From positions 1 to 64,000 of IMG/VR virus record IMGVR_UViG_3300021426_000094: a stretch of 64,000 bases of DNA. One strand, 5' to 3'. Both the position numbers and the translations under genes were made by a program. Numbering within the stretch: position 1 is the stretch's first letter; every line of letters begins with the position of its first letter. The notes under the pieces are model-generated. The model searched no databases and was not told where the DNA came from. It was given only the letters and a program-made list of their open reading frames with translations. Source of the stretch: a virus. Below, piece after piece: positions 46,995 to 55,816 of the stretch.

Positions 46995-47170
46995 CTCCGT
47001 AAAATAAGGGTTTTTTGATGGTCGGATTGTACTACAATTTTAAGGCTAATAAATATAAGGGGAATTCCTATATGGAAGGTCTCCACTCCCACAATGATAG
47101 TATAACAGGTATGTGTCAAGGCGTCAATAGATAATTAAATATATGGGGAAAATGATTGGAATGGGGGAAA

Positions 47171-47415
47171 TGTGGATAAGTGAATGGGTATCAGGGAATT
47201 GGGTAAGAAAATACTGGGGAAAATGATGTGGATAAAATGAGGATAAAGATATGCGTGTAAATTATTTATTGAGGTATGGTTTATGGGAGAGAAAATGGGG
47301 TAAAGGGTAATATGCATATAAATTATTTAATGGAGAGATGGGGAAAATAAGAAATGAGAAGAAAGGAGGGTAGGTAAAATGGAGGGAGGAGTATAAAAAT
47401 AGTGTGTGTGGATAA
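47171..47415. promoter_or_regulatory. Three perfect DnaA boxes (TTATCCACA, read as TGTGGATAA on plus) in a C-depleted, G/A/T-only, iteron-like stretch. Candidate replication origin.
   Basis: TGTGGATAA occurs at 47171-47179, 47227-47235 and 47407-47415. Repeated ATGGGGAAAATGA and ATGC(G/A)T(G/A)TAAATTATTTA(T/A)TG motifs lie in between. Almost no C is present on the plus strand for about 300 bp. Confidence 0.45.
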
Positions 47416-47589
47416 AGCACGTGTCCCTGCCAGGGCTTCAGATCAACCTGGAATCGGTTCGAACCACCCCGCCATTTTTCACATGCCTATATATACTGTA
47501 AATCATAGTTTATGCTATAGTAGTAGTGTGATATCTGGCTTCCGGATATCCGCCCTATACACATTCACAATTAAGCCATTCATTAAGCG

Positions 47590-47680
47590 GTTCCCGAATG
47601 GGAACAGCCTAATATTCGGATTTAGTCCCGAATGGGACTATCTATAATCCGAATGGCGGAATATCGTTTTTTGAATGGCT
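47590..47680 (+). promoter_or_regulatory. Candidate rightward early promoter (TATAAT at 47643-47648) with four (C/T)GAATGG operator-like repeats
   Basis: TTCCCGAATGGGAA, GTCCCGAATGGGAC, CCGAATGGCGG and TTGAATGGCT flank a perfect -10 hexamer. The -35 is weak (TTTAGT). Confidence 0.35.
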
Positions 47681-47754
47681 TAAAAGCTGAACCGTTTTCT
47701 TTGTATCCGGTTCAGCAGGCGAAAATTCATTTTCATGAGAGAGGAGAAAACACC

Positions 47755-48516
47755 ATGAAAAAATTCGAAACCTACGCTATCACGACTCCCACATTCGAAA
47801 AAGCTGAAGACGGCCGGATTGATTTTAACATCAATGAGCCGACTAACTCCCGTGACTACGCAAAATTGGCTTGTGTTACAAATCAGGCCGATTTTGCAAA
47901 GGATGTTCAGCGTTACGTGGATATGGCCTATTCCAACAAGTTCAGTTGGATGGCCGAAAAGTGCATTGTATCCGCAAACAAAGGGAATGTTGTCGCCGGT
48001 GATAACGCCATCGTTTATAATGAGATGGCGAATTATTTCGAACCGGCAAACAAAAAGCAGGAAATGACATTAGCACATGTAATTGCTTTTACCATCTGCA
48101 AAGAATGCCGGATTTACTACTATTGCGATGGGGAAAAGTACAAAAAGTGTGATGTTACATTCGGGGCCGATGGCATTCAGATGTTTGAGGCATTTCAGGC
48201 CGTTTCCGACAAGGCCGTTTCCGACAAGGCCGTTTCCGAATTGAAAGAACGTCTTACAACGTGGTTCCAGTCCATCATTGCAAGCGACCCCAATTGCAAA
48301 GAATGGGATTGCAAAGGTATCACGGCAAAAATCACATTAGAGCTTATTCATGAGGCTGGCCGGATTTTTGAGCGGTATAATCACAAAGGTATCAGCGACA
48401 ATAGCAAGCGGACATCCGTTTCCGAATGGACAAATCAGGCATTGCTTAAGTGCCTGAAAAAGGTTCTTAAGTTCGAACCGCATGTTGAATATGAACATGT
48501 GCATGTTATTCAGTAA
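47755..48516 (+). CDS. Hypothetical protein, first rightward gene, GC-rich
   Basis: The start was reset to MKKFETY (GAGAGGAG RBS). Contains an in-frame AVSDK tandem repeat. Confidence 0.5.
   Translation: MKKFETYAITTPTFEKAEDGRIDFNINEPTNSRDYAKLACVTNQADFAKDVQRYVDMAYSNKFSWMAEKCIVSANKGNVVAGDNAIVYNEMANYFEPANKKQEMTLAHVIAFTICKECRIYYYCDGEKYKKCDVTFGADGIQMFEAFQAVSDKAVSDKAVSELKERLTTWFQSIIASDPNCKEWDCKGITAKITLELIHEAGRIFERYNHKGISDNSKRTSVSEWTNQALLKCLKKVLKFEPHVEYEHVHVIQ
48199..48240 (+). repeat. 15-bp tandem repeat (GCCGTTTCCGACAAG x2.8) inside the CDS, in frame
   Basis: Direct reading of the sequence. It encodes AVSDKAVSDKAVSE. Confidence 0.6.
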
Positions 48517-48553
48517 CTATTAAGTGCCGGATATATCCGGCGAACACAACAAA

Positions 48554-48590
48554 GACTATACAGAACAATTGTTCTGTATAGTCTTTTTTT
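48554..48590 (+). terminator. Rho-independent terminator
   Basis: A perfect 30-nt palindrome (GACTATACAGAACAATTGTTCTGTATAGTC) is followed by TTTTTTT. A second palindrome (GCCGGATATATCCGGC) at 48526-48541 precedes it. Confidence 0.6.
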
Positions 48591-48782
48591 AGTGCAGCAA
48601 TTCAGGATTATGAATTTATTCCAGGCTCCAGGATTCTTGATCCGGCATGGGCACACTGGAATAAATTCATAAGTCTGAATTCCAGGCTTGTTTACACGCC
48701 ACTAATAAAGCGCACGCAAAATCTACCCATGTATATGCACATACGGGTATAGTGCGCTCTTTTTTAAAATGAGGATAATACT

Positions 48783-49586
48783 ATGAAGATTTTTGGAAAA
48801 ATGACACGGCAGCAATTTGTCGATGGGCATTTGATCCCCACAAATGCCTTTTATGGTCGGCTCCAATTAAAGTATACCGACCGGATTTTTACGGGTAAAG
48901 TCCGCCCAATTTTTGACAAAGACGGATACCCGATTTTTCGACCGGATGGACTCCAGGCGACACGCAAAGTCTATAAGCGTGTCGATAAAAGTGTAGAAGT
49001 CACGTATTCACTGGAAGACTTGTTTCCGGTGTCCGTGGGCAATCACACCTATTTTAAGGCGTGGTATAAAGTCGGACGTGACGGCGCATGGCGGGACGAG
49101 TCCGTTTTAAATCATAATGGACTGGAAATCACACTGAACAACTTTATTGTGCGCAAAGTGCAGGAATATTGCGCACAGAATCACTGCGGTCTGTTTGATC
49201 TCTGTACAGGGGTCGAACGTCCGCATTTGAACCACACACGTCAGACCGCACAGAGCGCAGCAGGACGCCGTGAAGTGCAAAAACGCTACATCTACAGTGG
49301 CGGTGAACGTTCCCTTATGGGCGCTCAATTTATCCTGACAGACGGTGTGCGCATGGATGCGCCTATGGGCAAGTCCGTGATTGCGTCTCATAAAGGCGCA
49401 TTTAACGGTAAAGGCGGTGAAGAGGCGGGCAAGCCCTACACGTCCCATGTCGGTAAATGTAAGGCTAAAATGGTCGGTAAAGAGCCGACTTTCCACAAAA
49501 CTATCAGCACACCTACAGGTATCATGCGGTTTTACAATGAGCACGAATATAACGACTATATGAGCGCTCTAAATACAATCCGTTAA
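48783..49586 (+). CDS. Hypothetical protein (GC-rich island)
   Basis: 267 aa. RBS present. GC is about 50% versus about 35% in the flanks. Confidence 0.5.
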   Translation: MKIFGKMTRQQFVDGHLIPTNAFYGRLQLKYTDRIFTGKVRPIFDKDGYPIFRPDGLQATRKVYKRVDKSVEVTYSLEDLFPVSVGNHTYFKAWYKVGRDGAWRDESVLNHNGLEITLNNFIVRKVQEYCAQNHCGLFDLCTGVERPHLNHTRQTAQSAAGRREVQKRYIYSGGERSLMGAQFILTDGVRMDAPMGKSVIASHKGAFNGKGGEEAGKPYTSHVGKCKAKMVGKEPTFHKTISTPTGIMRFYNEHEYNDYMSALNTIR

Positions 49587-49600
49587 CCCACAGCCCCACA

Positions 49601-49634
49601 GCCTGACGCCACTATAAAGCGTCAGGCTTTTTTT
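49601..49634 (+). terminator. Rho-independent terminator
   Basis: GCCTGACGC-loop-GCGTCAGGC followed by TTTTTTT. Confidence 0.6.
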
Positions 49635-49735
49635 ATGCCACAAGCCCAAAGCCCAGGTTCCGTTATAAGGTGAGGCGTCAACGTCCGCTTTATGCCGTGA
49701 TAGGGGCACACGTATAACACATGAAAGGAGTCATT

Positions 49736-49990
49736 ATGAAAAGATTTACAGGGTTTGCAGGGACTTTCAAAGTCTCTAAAAAATGTCACGCTGATTTCCC
49801 CGATTCAGACATTATCGTAACTGGCAGCCCGTCTGATATCCGTAAGGTCTGCCGTGATATCGAAACAGTAGGTTATTACAACCTGTATGAAAACGCCCCA
49901 ATTATGAGAGAGGGGCGCATTTACAGTGTCCGTTTTCCCGAAACACCCAGCATTGGGAACCGTGAATATGTGGTTTCCCGTAAATTTTAA
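49736..49990 (+). CDS. Small hypothetical protein
   Basis: The start was reset to the second ATG (GAAAGGAG RBS). Confidence 0.4.
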   Translation: MKRFTGFAGTFKVSKKCHADFPDSDIIVTGSPSDIRKVCRDIETVGYYNLYENAPIMREGRIYSVRFPETPSIGNREYVVSRKF

Positions 49991-50005
49991 GGGGGGAGGT
50001 CAATT

Positions 50006-50299
50006 ATGTTTAGAGTGACAATTCCAACTTATAAATTCCCCTATCGCAAATGTCAGGGGATTATGCAGACAAGAGGTGAGGCAGAATTACTTGCCTATTT
50101 CAATGGCGATAGTGCGCAGATTGACGAGATTGACGAGAACCTGCGCTTTATCCTGCATTGTGGGACGCAGGCAGCTCTCCAACTGGAATATCATAAAACA
50201 GCTGACAGGAATATCTGCAAATACATCGAAGCATGTAACAGCGAAGATGAGATTACTAAAATCCTCTGTAACGCACGCAGAAAGGGGGAGAGGGCATGA
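50006..50299 (+). CDS. Small hypothetical protein
   Basis: GGGGGAGG RBS. 97 aa. Confidence 0.4.
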   Translation: MFRVTIPTYKFPYRKCQGIMQTRGEAELLAYFNGDSAQIDEIDENLRFILHCGTQAALQLEYHKTADRNICKYIEACNSEDEITKILCNARRKGERA

Positions 50300-50442
50300 A
50301 TCATAACGAATGGTTCTGGGATGTTTCCCCCAAATACTGGACGCTTTTCCAGTGGGGAGTTATGTTACTGGCAATTACCATTATGATTGCCGTCATTATA
50401 TTTGGATGCGGTATTGAATCCTTTATAGATTTGATCCTGTAA
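50296..50442 (+). CDS. Small membrane peptide (48 aa)
   Basis: Its ATG overlaps the upstream stop (ATGA). GGGGGAGAGGG RBS. One TM helix. Confidence 0.35.
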   Translation: MNHNEWFWDVSPKYWTLFQWGVMLLAITIMIAVIIFGCGIESFIDLIL

Positions 50443-50585
50443 ATTCATCACTATAAACCTGTGCTATCGGGTATACGGGCACTATATATTTATAAATAGA
50501 CATAGGCGCAATTCTCCAGTTCAGGTGAAATGCGCCTATTTGTGTTTATAAATAATTCAATTATTCCCTAAAGGGGAGAAAGGAA

Positions 50586-51407
50586 ATGGTTATGTCTAAT
50601 CCCGTTTTGGCACTCATTAGCACTGACAGTGAAGACGATTTTATCCGTGACGTAGTGGAAGCATACTTTGCGAACCCTATCCATGTCCGCAAAGTCCTGA
50701 CGGAAGACTGCATTGAGTCCTGTCTTGACGCATACATGGGCAATCAGACCGTAGAACTCGACCTGTCTGATCTCCCTGAAAATCAGGATGGATTCACCAA
50801 GCCGTCCCGTGCAAAGCGTGGACGCAAGAAGTCCAACAGAAACAACAAGAAGTCTAAGGCCGACCGTTTCCACGGCAGCCGGAAAGCGTACTGGAAACAC
50901 CAGTACAAGAAGTGGGGCGCTAATGAGCGCCGTCAGGCACTGGATAGAAACGGATTTGGAGCAGTTCATGCGTCCCACAGAATCCATACTGAGGGCGCTA
51001 TGCCTGTATCATTCGTCCACGATACAGACGATAACAATCTGACGCTAACATGCAACTGCAAAGACGGAAGCACGCTGTCCTGCACAATGTCCATGGAGGC
51101 ATGGCTGGCTCCTATCTGGGATGAAACAGAGCAGAAGTCTACAGCAGCAATGAGCGATTGGGTAGAGGTTGAGGAGCGTGAAGAAATCCCAGCCTTTAAC
51201 ATCTTTACAGAAGACGATGAGTACACCGATTCCGACAGCTATGAGGATGATTACGATGAGGATGATGAAATCATCGAAATTGAAGAAGACGACTATGTCC
51301 CGTCCTGCGAATTCACCGCTATTGAAATGGCTAATATGTCCATGAAGATGGCGACCGCAACGGCAGAACAGCGGGCAAAGATCCGCAAATTCTTCCGGAC
51401 GCTTTAA
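50586..51407 (+). CDS. Hypothetical protein with a basic middle and a strongly acidic C-terminal region
   Basis: 273 aa. GGGGAGAAAGG RBS. Confidence 0.45.
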   Translation: MVMSNPVLALISTDSEDDFIRDVVEAYFANPIHVRKVLTEDCIESCLDAYMGNQTVELDLSDLPENQDGFTKPSRAKRGRKKSNRNNKKSKADRFHGSRKAYWKHQYKKWGANERRQALDRNGFGAVHASHRIHTEGAMPVSFVHDTDDNNLTLTCNCKDGSTLSCTMSMEAWLAPIWDETEQKSTAAMSDWVEVEEREEIPAFNIFTEDDEYTDSDSYEDDYDEDDEIIEIEEDDYVPSCEFTAIEMANMSMKMATATAEQRAKIRKFFRTL

Positions 51408-51446
51408 GACCAGGCGCCACATGGGTTAGGGCGAAAAAATGACAAC

Positions 51447-51584
51447 AGAAAATTTTCCGTTATCGGCTCAAGGGAAACATGGGCTTTTTCAAAAACCCTT
51501 ATTCCAACGATAACGGAAAATTTTTTATTCTGGTCAAGCGAAATAAAAGGCACTTTCCTTATTCCAACGATAACAGAAACGATT
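51447..51584. promoter_or_regulatory. Direct and inverted repeat array (GATAAC(G/A)GAAA core) upstream of the 51654 operon
   Basis: CCTTATTCCAACGATAACGGAAAATTTT (51496-51523) and CCTTATTCCAACGATAACAGAAACGATT (51557-51584) are direct copies. An inverted copy, GAAAATTTTCCGTTATCGG, lies at 51447-51465. An internal palindrome (ATAACAGAA/TTCTGTTAT) is also present. Confidence 0.4.
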
Positions 51585-51653
51585 CTGTTATACAAGGGAA
51601 AAGGGAAATCATTTCCTAAAAAAGAGAAAACGAAAAAAGAAAGGGGGTGCAGT

Positions 51654-51887
51654 ATGGCTCTGCATAATAATAATGGCAAGGGGTGGAAGAATATCACCGA
51701 CCTGATTGCCGCAATCCTCAAAGTGACTGACCTGTTTTCCGAAAAGGAAATCAGGTCTGCAATCACGGAAATGCACAAAAAGGGATATGTTTTTAACGAT
51801 CCCCAAAAGGGAAACGTAACTCTGATTGTGTGTGATAAGTCCCGCAATTCGGGTTACTATTTCGGTCTGGAAGGGATTGAGTGCTAA
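51654..51887 (+). CDS. Small hypothetical protein
   Basis: AAAGGGGG RBS. 77 aa. Confidence 0.4.
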   Translation: MALHNNNGKGWKNITDLIAAILKVTDLFSEKEIRSAITEMHKKGYVFNDPQKGNVTLIVCDKSRNSGYYFGLEGIEC

Positions 51888-51906
51888 AAAGAAAGGAGCA
51901 AAGCAA

Positions 51907-52119
51907 ATGAAAAGAGCGAAACAAACTCAGATAATTGTTGACAGTGTAAACGACTATCTGCGCAATAACCACGTCAAAACGGAAAGCGATCCCGTTTTCG
52001 TGGTCATGCAGCACGCCCTGAGCCGTGCAAACGTCTATTACGGCTACAACTATTTCACTGCCGAAGGTTTTCTGTCTGGTGGTAATAATGAGAAATTCGA
52101 TCATTTAGAGTTTCATTAA
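51907..52119 (+). CDS. Small hypothetical protein
   Basis: The start was reset to MKRAKQTQ (AAAGGAG RBS). The track's longer form overlaps the upstream gene. Confidence 0.4.
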   Translation: MKRAKQTQIIVDSVNDYLRNNHVKTESDPVFVVMQHALSRANVYYGYNYFTAEGFLSGGNNEKFDHLEFH

Positions 52120-52129
52120 GGGGGAAGCC

Positions 52130-52240
52130 ATGGCAGAACAGAAACACGAAGTCCATATTGTCCTCCGTGACTGGAGCAAAGCCAAACAGGGAAATGCCCC
52201 AGTTGCGGAGATTCACACAAAGGAGACTAAAAAGAAATGA
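52130..52240 (+). CDS. Small peptide (36 aa)
   Basis: GGGGGAAG RBS. Its stop overlaps the next gene's start. Confidence 0.25.
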   Translation: MAEQKHEVHIVLRDWSKAKQGNAPVAEIHTKETKKK

Positions 52241-52449
52241 CCACAGAAGAAAGAATTATCACGGCAAACAAGGACTATGAAGAAGCGAAACGACTTCTCT
52301 ATGTCCAGTATGCCGAAAAGTTTGAAAACCTTCCCGTCTCCGAGTGCGGTGAAGTGTATGCTCAAGATGTTCTCGCCCTGAATGAATGGGCTGAGAATGA
52401 AAAGAAGAGAATATTAAATGCATGGAAAAATAAGGTTGCTCATGCCTAA
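52237..52449 (+). CDS. Small hypothetical protein
   Basis: 70 aa. Confidence 0.35.
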   Translation: MTTEERIITANKDYEEAKRLLYVQYAEKFENLPVSECGEVYAQDVLALNEWAENEKKRILNAWKNKVAHA

Positions 52450-52464
52450 AAGAAAGGAGTACCA

Positions 52465-52704
52465 ATGTTTAAGGCAATCAGAGAAGTCATTAATAAATTC
52501 GGTGAAGATTCCCTGTCCGAGATTATCCCTTACGGAAACACTTTCCGATGTGTCCGCAAAGACGGTGCGGTGATTGCCGAGGGAAAAGAACTCAAGGGAT
52601 ATATGGGAGACATTATCCGAACCATGTATACCGGCTGGGAATATGCAAGCGGCGATTATGTACTTATGTCTGATAGGCACGGAATGATCTGCAAATTTAA
52701 ATAA
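52465..52704 (+). CDS. Small hypothetical protein
   Basis: AAAGGAG RBS. 79 aa. Confidence 0.35.
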   Translation: MFKAIREVINKFGEDSLSEIIPYGNTFRCVRKDGAVIAEGKELKGYMGDIIRTMYTGWEYASGDYVLMSDRHGMICKFK

Positions 52705-52721
52705 AGGAAAGGAGACTAATT

Positions 52722-52853
52722 ATGTCCAACATGGAAATCAAAACCGCAACCATCAACGAATACCGCTGGCTGTACAGAATCGCCGTGAACAATGAGGACT
52801 GGTTCATGGCTGAGTATTATGACGGCCTTATCAGAGAGGAGACAGAGAAATGA
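52722..52853 (+). CDS. Small peptide (43 aa)
   Basis: AAAGGAG RBS. Its stop overlaps the next ATG. Confidence 0.25.
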   Translation: MSNMEIKTATINEYRWLYRIAVNNEDWFMAEYYDGLIREETEK

Positions 52854-53047
52854 AAATTAAACATTGTCCAAAATGTGGGTCTGAAGCAAAAGTAAACGAC
52901 ATTATGGATTGTGTCACAGTACAGTGTACTAATCCAGAATGCCGACACCATACAAGCTGGTATCATTTATATACACCATGGGGCGATTGCCCCTATGCAA
53001 TAGAAGACGCTATCAATGAATGGAATGAGGAGGCGAAAGAGAAATGA
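52850..53047 (+). CDS. Zn-ribbon small protein
   Basis: CPKCGSE...CTNPECRHH. Confidence 0.35.
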   Translation: MKIKHCPKCGSEAKVNDIMDCVTVQCTNPECRHHTSWYHLYTPWGDCPYAIEDAINEWNEEAKEK

Positions 53048-53298
53048 CCAATATCACACAGAAACAACTGGAAATCCTGACAGACCTGTACAACGATACA
53101 CAGAAATCATATGATCGCCTTATGGATTATTCCATAAAGGAAAAAGATCCTACGAAAAGGAAACACATTGTCATGTCGCGCTATGGCAGATTGTGTCAGA
53201 TTAAAATGTTTGAGAAAATCTGCAATGCTTTAGGTCTGGAAGTGGACTACGATGTAGAAACCGACAAACATATTATCAAGGAATTAATTGAGTCCTAA
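53044..53298 (+). CDS. Small hypothetical protein
   Basis: 84 aa. Confidence 0.35.
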   Translation: MTNITQKQLEILTDLYNDTQKSYDRLMDYSIKEKDPTKRKHIVMSRYGRLCQIKMFEKICNALGLEVDYDVETDKHIIKELIES

Positions 53299-53426
53299 TC
53301 ACATCCCACGCATACAACCCACAAGAGAAAGTAGAATGGATTGTGTGCGTTAATGTGGATAGGACTTCCACAGAAACAAATTATAATTATTTTATCTATC
53401 GGGCATAGCCCAGAAAGGAAGTTATT

Positions 53427-54575
53427 ATGGCAATGTACAATCCTGCAACCATCAACGCAACTGAGATTTCCGCAAATGTTATTGACGGTGACTTCCGTGT
53501 TCCCGAAATTCACGAGGCAAAGGGAACCAGAATTATCACTCTCCACGAGGCAAAGGGCGGTCTGTTCCCTGACCGTTCTTGGTCTGCTAACCGCTGGGAT
53601 AATCGCACACTTCCGTGGGAGGGTATTGGTAAGGACGTTTCGCACTGCTTGACCACAAAGGAAATGGCTGAGTTATCTGGTGTCGGTTTCAAGATTGCCA
53701 AAGTCCATGGTTACATCGAAGCCGACCTTGGCAATGGAGTCATGGACTACCTTGAAATGCCGAACAAGGCATTTTTCCTGAGAGTTGACAAATCAATCAA
53801 TCCTGACGGAAGGGAAGTGTTCAAGACTTTCCTGTTGGGTGACGGTTCTGCGAACATGACGCCCATCGAAAACACGGACATGCTGGCGCTGTGTGAACAG
53901 CTGCGTCAGATGGGCTTCCGTTATGAGAATGCAGGTATTTTTGATCAGGGACGCATCACGTATGTCAGCATGGTCTGGGACGATAACCAGATTGTGGCAG
54001 AAGAGAAGTTAAATTACTATGTGGTTATCGTCAACAGCTTTGATGGTTCAAAGCCGTTCGGTGTATACATCACTCCTGTCAGAGTTGTGTGCAAGAATAC
54101 GCTTGCCCTTGCCATCAAAAAGGCAGATCGTTTCTGGAAGATTCGCCACACCAGAAACGCACCTTTCAAGGTAGACGAGATTCGCCGTGGTCTGGAAGTC
54201 CTTAATTATTACAGACAGGGACTTGAAAGCCACATCAACAAGGCAAAACTCTTGACCATGGACAGGGACGCTGTTCGGGGATTTGTGAACACTCTGTTCC
54301 CTATCAATGAGTCCATGACACAGAGAGTGATTGCAAATATTGAAAGACAGAGAAGTGAAATGCTTTTGAGGTATGATGCCCCTGACCTGATTGACATGGA
54401 GCCAAGCGTCTGGCGTGTTGAGTCCATGCTGACTGACTACTATAGTCCTAATCACGTTGAACCCAGCCGTAAGACTGAGGGAGCGAAAGCAAATGCTTTT
54501 AAGAATAGTCTGGGCGGTAACGCAGACTTGGATAAGGCAATGGGAATCTTGAGCAGTCGGTATGACCTGTTCTGA
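53427..54575 (+). CDS. DUF932-like phage/plasmid-associated protein
   Basis: 382 aa. TPVRVVCKNTLALAI matches the RVVCxNT hallmark of DUF932. Confidence 0.55.
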   Translation: MAMYNPATINATEISANVIDGDFRVPEIHEAKGTRIITLHEAKGGLFPDRSWSANRWDNRTLPWEGIGKDVSHCLTTKEMAELSGVGFKIAKVHGYIEADLGNGVMDYLEMPNKAFFLRVDKSINPDGREVFKTFLLGDGSANMTPIENTDMLALCEQLRQMGFRYENAGIFDQGRITYVSMVWDDNQIVAEEKLNYYVVIVNSFDGSKPFGVYITPVRVVCKNTLALAIKKADRFWKIRHTRNAPFKVDEIRRGLEVLNYYRQGLESHINKAKLLTMDRDAVRGFVNTLFPINESMTQRVIANIERQRSEMLLRYDAPDLIDMEPSVWRVESMLTDYYSPNHVEPSRKTEGAKANAFKNSLGGNADLDKAMGILSSRYDLF

Positions 54576-54590
54576 TTCAACGCAAATCAA

Positions 54591-54640
54591 TGTCCACTAT
54601 TATTAACCGAGTGTCCATATTGTGTTAATAATAGTGGACA
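54591..54640 (+). terminator. Hairpin (17-bp perfect arms) after the DUF932 gene
   Basis: TGTCCACTATTATTAAC-16 nt-GTTAATAATAGTGGACA. No clean T-run follows, so it may be a regulatory site rather than a terminator. Confidence 0.4.
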
Positions 54641-54715
54641 TTAATTAAAACTGAATAAGGTAAACAAGATATAATTAAAACAAATATTTTTAAAAAGAAA
54701 GGAAGGTATAACTTA

Positions 54716-55630
54716 ATGACCACTATCACTGCTAACTTCTCCAACGCAACTATCTACAACCTTGTTATGGCAAACGCACAGAAAATTGGAAACAAGACAT
54801 TTGCTTTCGTTCCTGTTCAGCTTCTGGCTTTTGATCCCGCTTATCAGAGACATGAGGATGTATCTGTTCGCAAGATAAAGAATCTGGAAAAGAACTGGAA
54901 TGACAATCTTTGTGACGCATTACAGGTATCTCCTCATCCTGAAGAAGGAAAGTTTTATGTATTTAATGGATACCATCGCTTCACTGTTGCGACAGAAGCA
55001 TTTGGAAGAGATAACATGGTTTGTGAAATCATGACAGAACTTTCTGATCTTTCTCCAGAAGACAGAAGACGTGAAGAAGCGAAACTGTTCAGTAAACAGT
55101 CTGATGCGGTGGATCGGTTGTCAGCAGTTCAGCGCCACAACGCAAACGTAATTATTGGCAATCCTGCGGATGTACTGGTGGAAGCACTGTGTAAGAAATA
55201 TGGGGTTAAAGTTAAACCTGATGATTCCCGTGGTCTGAGCAAAAAGGCAAATACCCTGACAGGTATTGTAACTGCTCTGCGAATCGCCAAAAATCCACAG
55301 AATTATCTTGACAATATCTTTAATGTGATTTGCTCTGCTGGATGGAATAAAGGAACTACAGGATTCACTTCTGATGTAATCGATGGCATAAACCTGATTT
55401 TTACCAATCACCCCGACAAGAGAGATGAAATTAGCAGCGAACTGATTAAATGGTTTAGGACTCTGGAGCCGACTACAGTACAGGCAATGGGTGAAGCAAA
55501 TTATCCCATGAGACACAAACGTATGCAGATGGCACTTGAGATTGAAGACTACCTGCATAAAACAATCAATCTTCCTTATACCTATACAGAAAAAACAACC
55601 TCTAAGAGAAGCAAAAAGAAAACCGCATAA
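54716..55630 (+). CDS. ParB-like nuclease domain protein
   Basis: VQLLAFDPAYQR and YVFNGYHRF match ParB N-terminal domain motifs. Length is 304 aa. Confidence 0.6.
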   Translation: MTTITANFSNATIYNLVMANAQKIGNKTFAFVPVQLLAFDPAYQRHEDVSVRKIKNLEKNWNDNLCDALQVSPHPEEGKFYVFNGYHRFTVATEAFGRDNMVCEIMTELSDLSPEDRRREEAKLFSKQSDAVDRLSAVQRHNANVIIGNPADVLVEALCKKYGVKVKPDDSRGLSKKANTLTGIVTALRIAKNPQNYLDNIFNVICSAGWNKGTTGFTSDVIDGINLIFTNHPDKRDEISSELIKWFRTLEPTTVQAMGEANYPMRHKRMQMALEIEDYLHKTINLPYTYTEKTTSKRSKKKTA

Positions 55631-55649
55631 AGAAAGGAGCATGAATTAA

Positions 55650-55793
55650 ATGAGAAACATTATTAAATACATCGCAACAGAACTGGACTACAGAAACGAA
55701 TTCACCACAAAGGAATTCGTTCTCTACACGATCCTTGCCACAGCGTGTCTGGTAATCGCATGCTGTGGCGAGAGTATTATAAACATGATGTAA
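55650..55793 (+). CDS. Small membrane peptide (47 aa)
   Basis: AAAGGAG RBS. One TM helix. Confidence 0.3.
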   Translation: MRNIIKYIATELDYRNEFTTKEFVLYTILATACLVIACCGESIINMM

Positions 55794-55816
55794 TTAAATG
55801 AAAGGAGCAAAAAGAA

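Noticed and set aside
47135-47317. 60-aa minus-strand ORF in the C-depleted region
   Set aside because: The product is a P/F/I/H-rich nonsense peptide produced by the G/A/T-only repeat DNA. The region is better explained as iterons and DnaA boxes.
47402-47647. 81-aa plus-strand ORF spanning the GAATGG repeats
   Set aside because: It overlaps the promoter and operator elements. It lacks an RBS and does not look like a protein.
49107-51422. Several minus-strand ORFs (145, 139, 125 and 86 aa) within the GC-rich island
   Set aside because: They are antisense to plus-strand genes that have RBSs and terminators. Higher GC inflates random ORF length.
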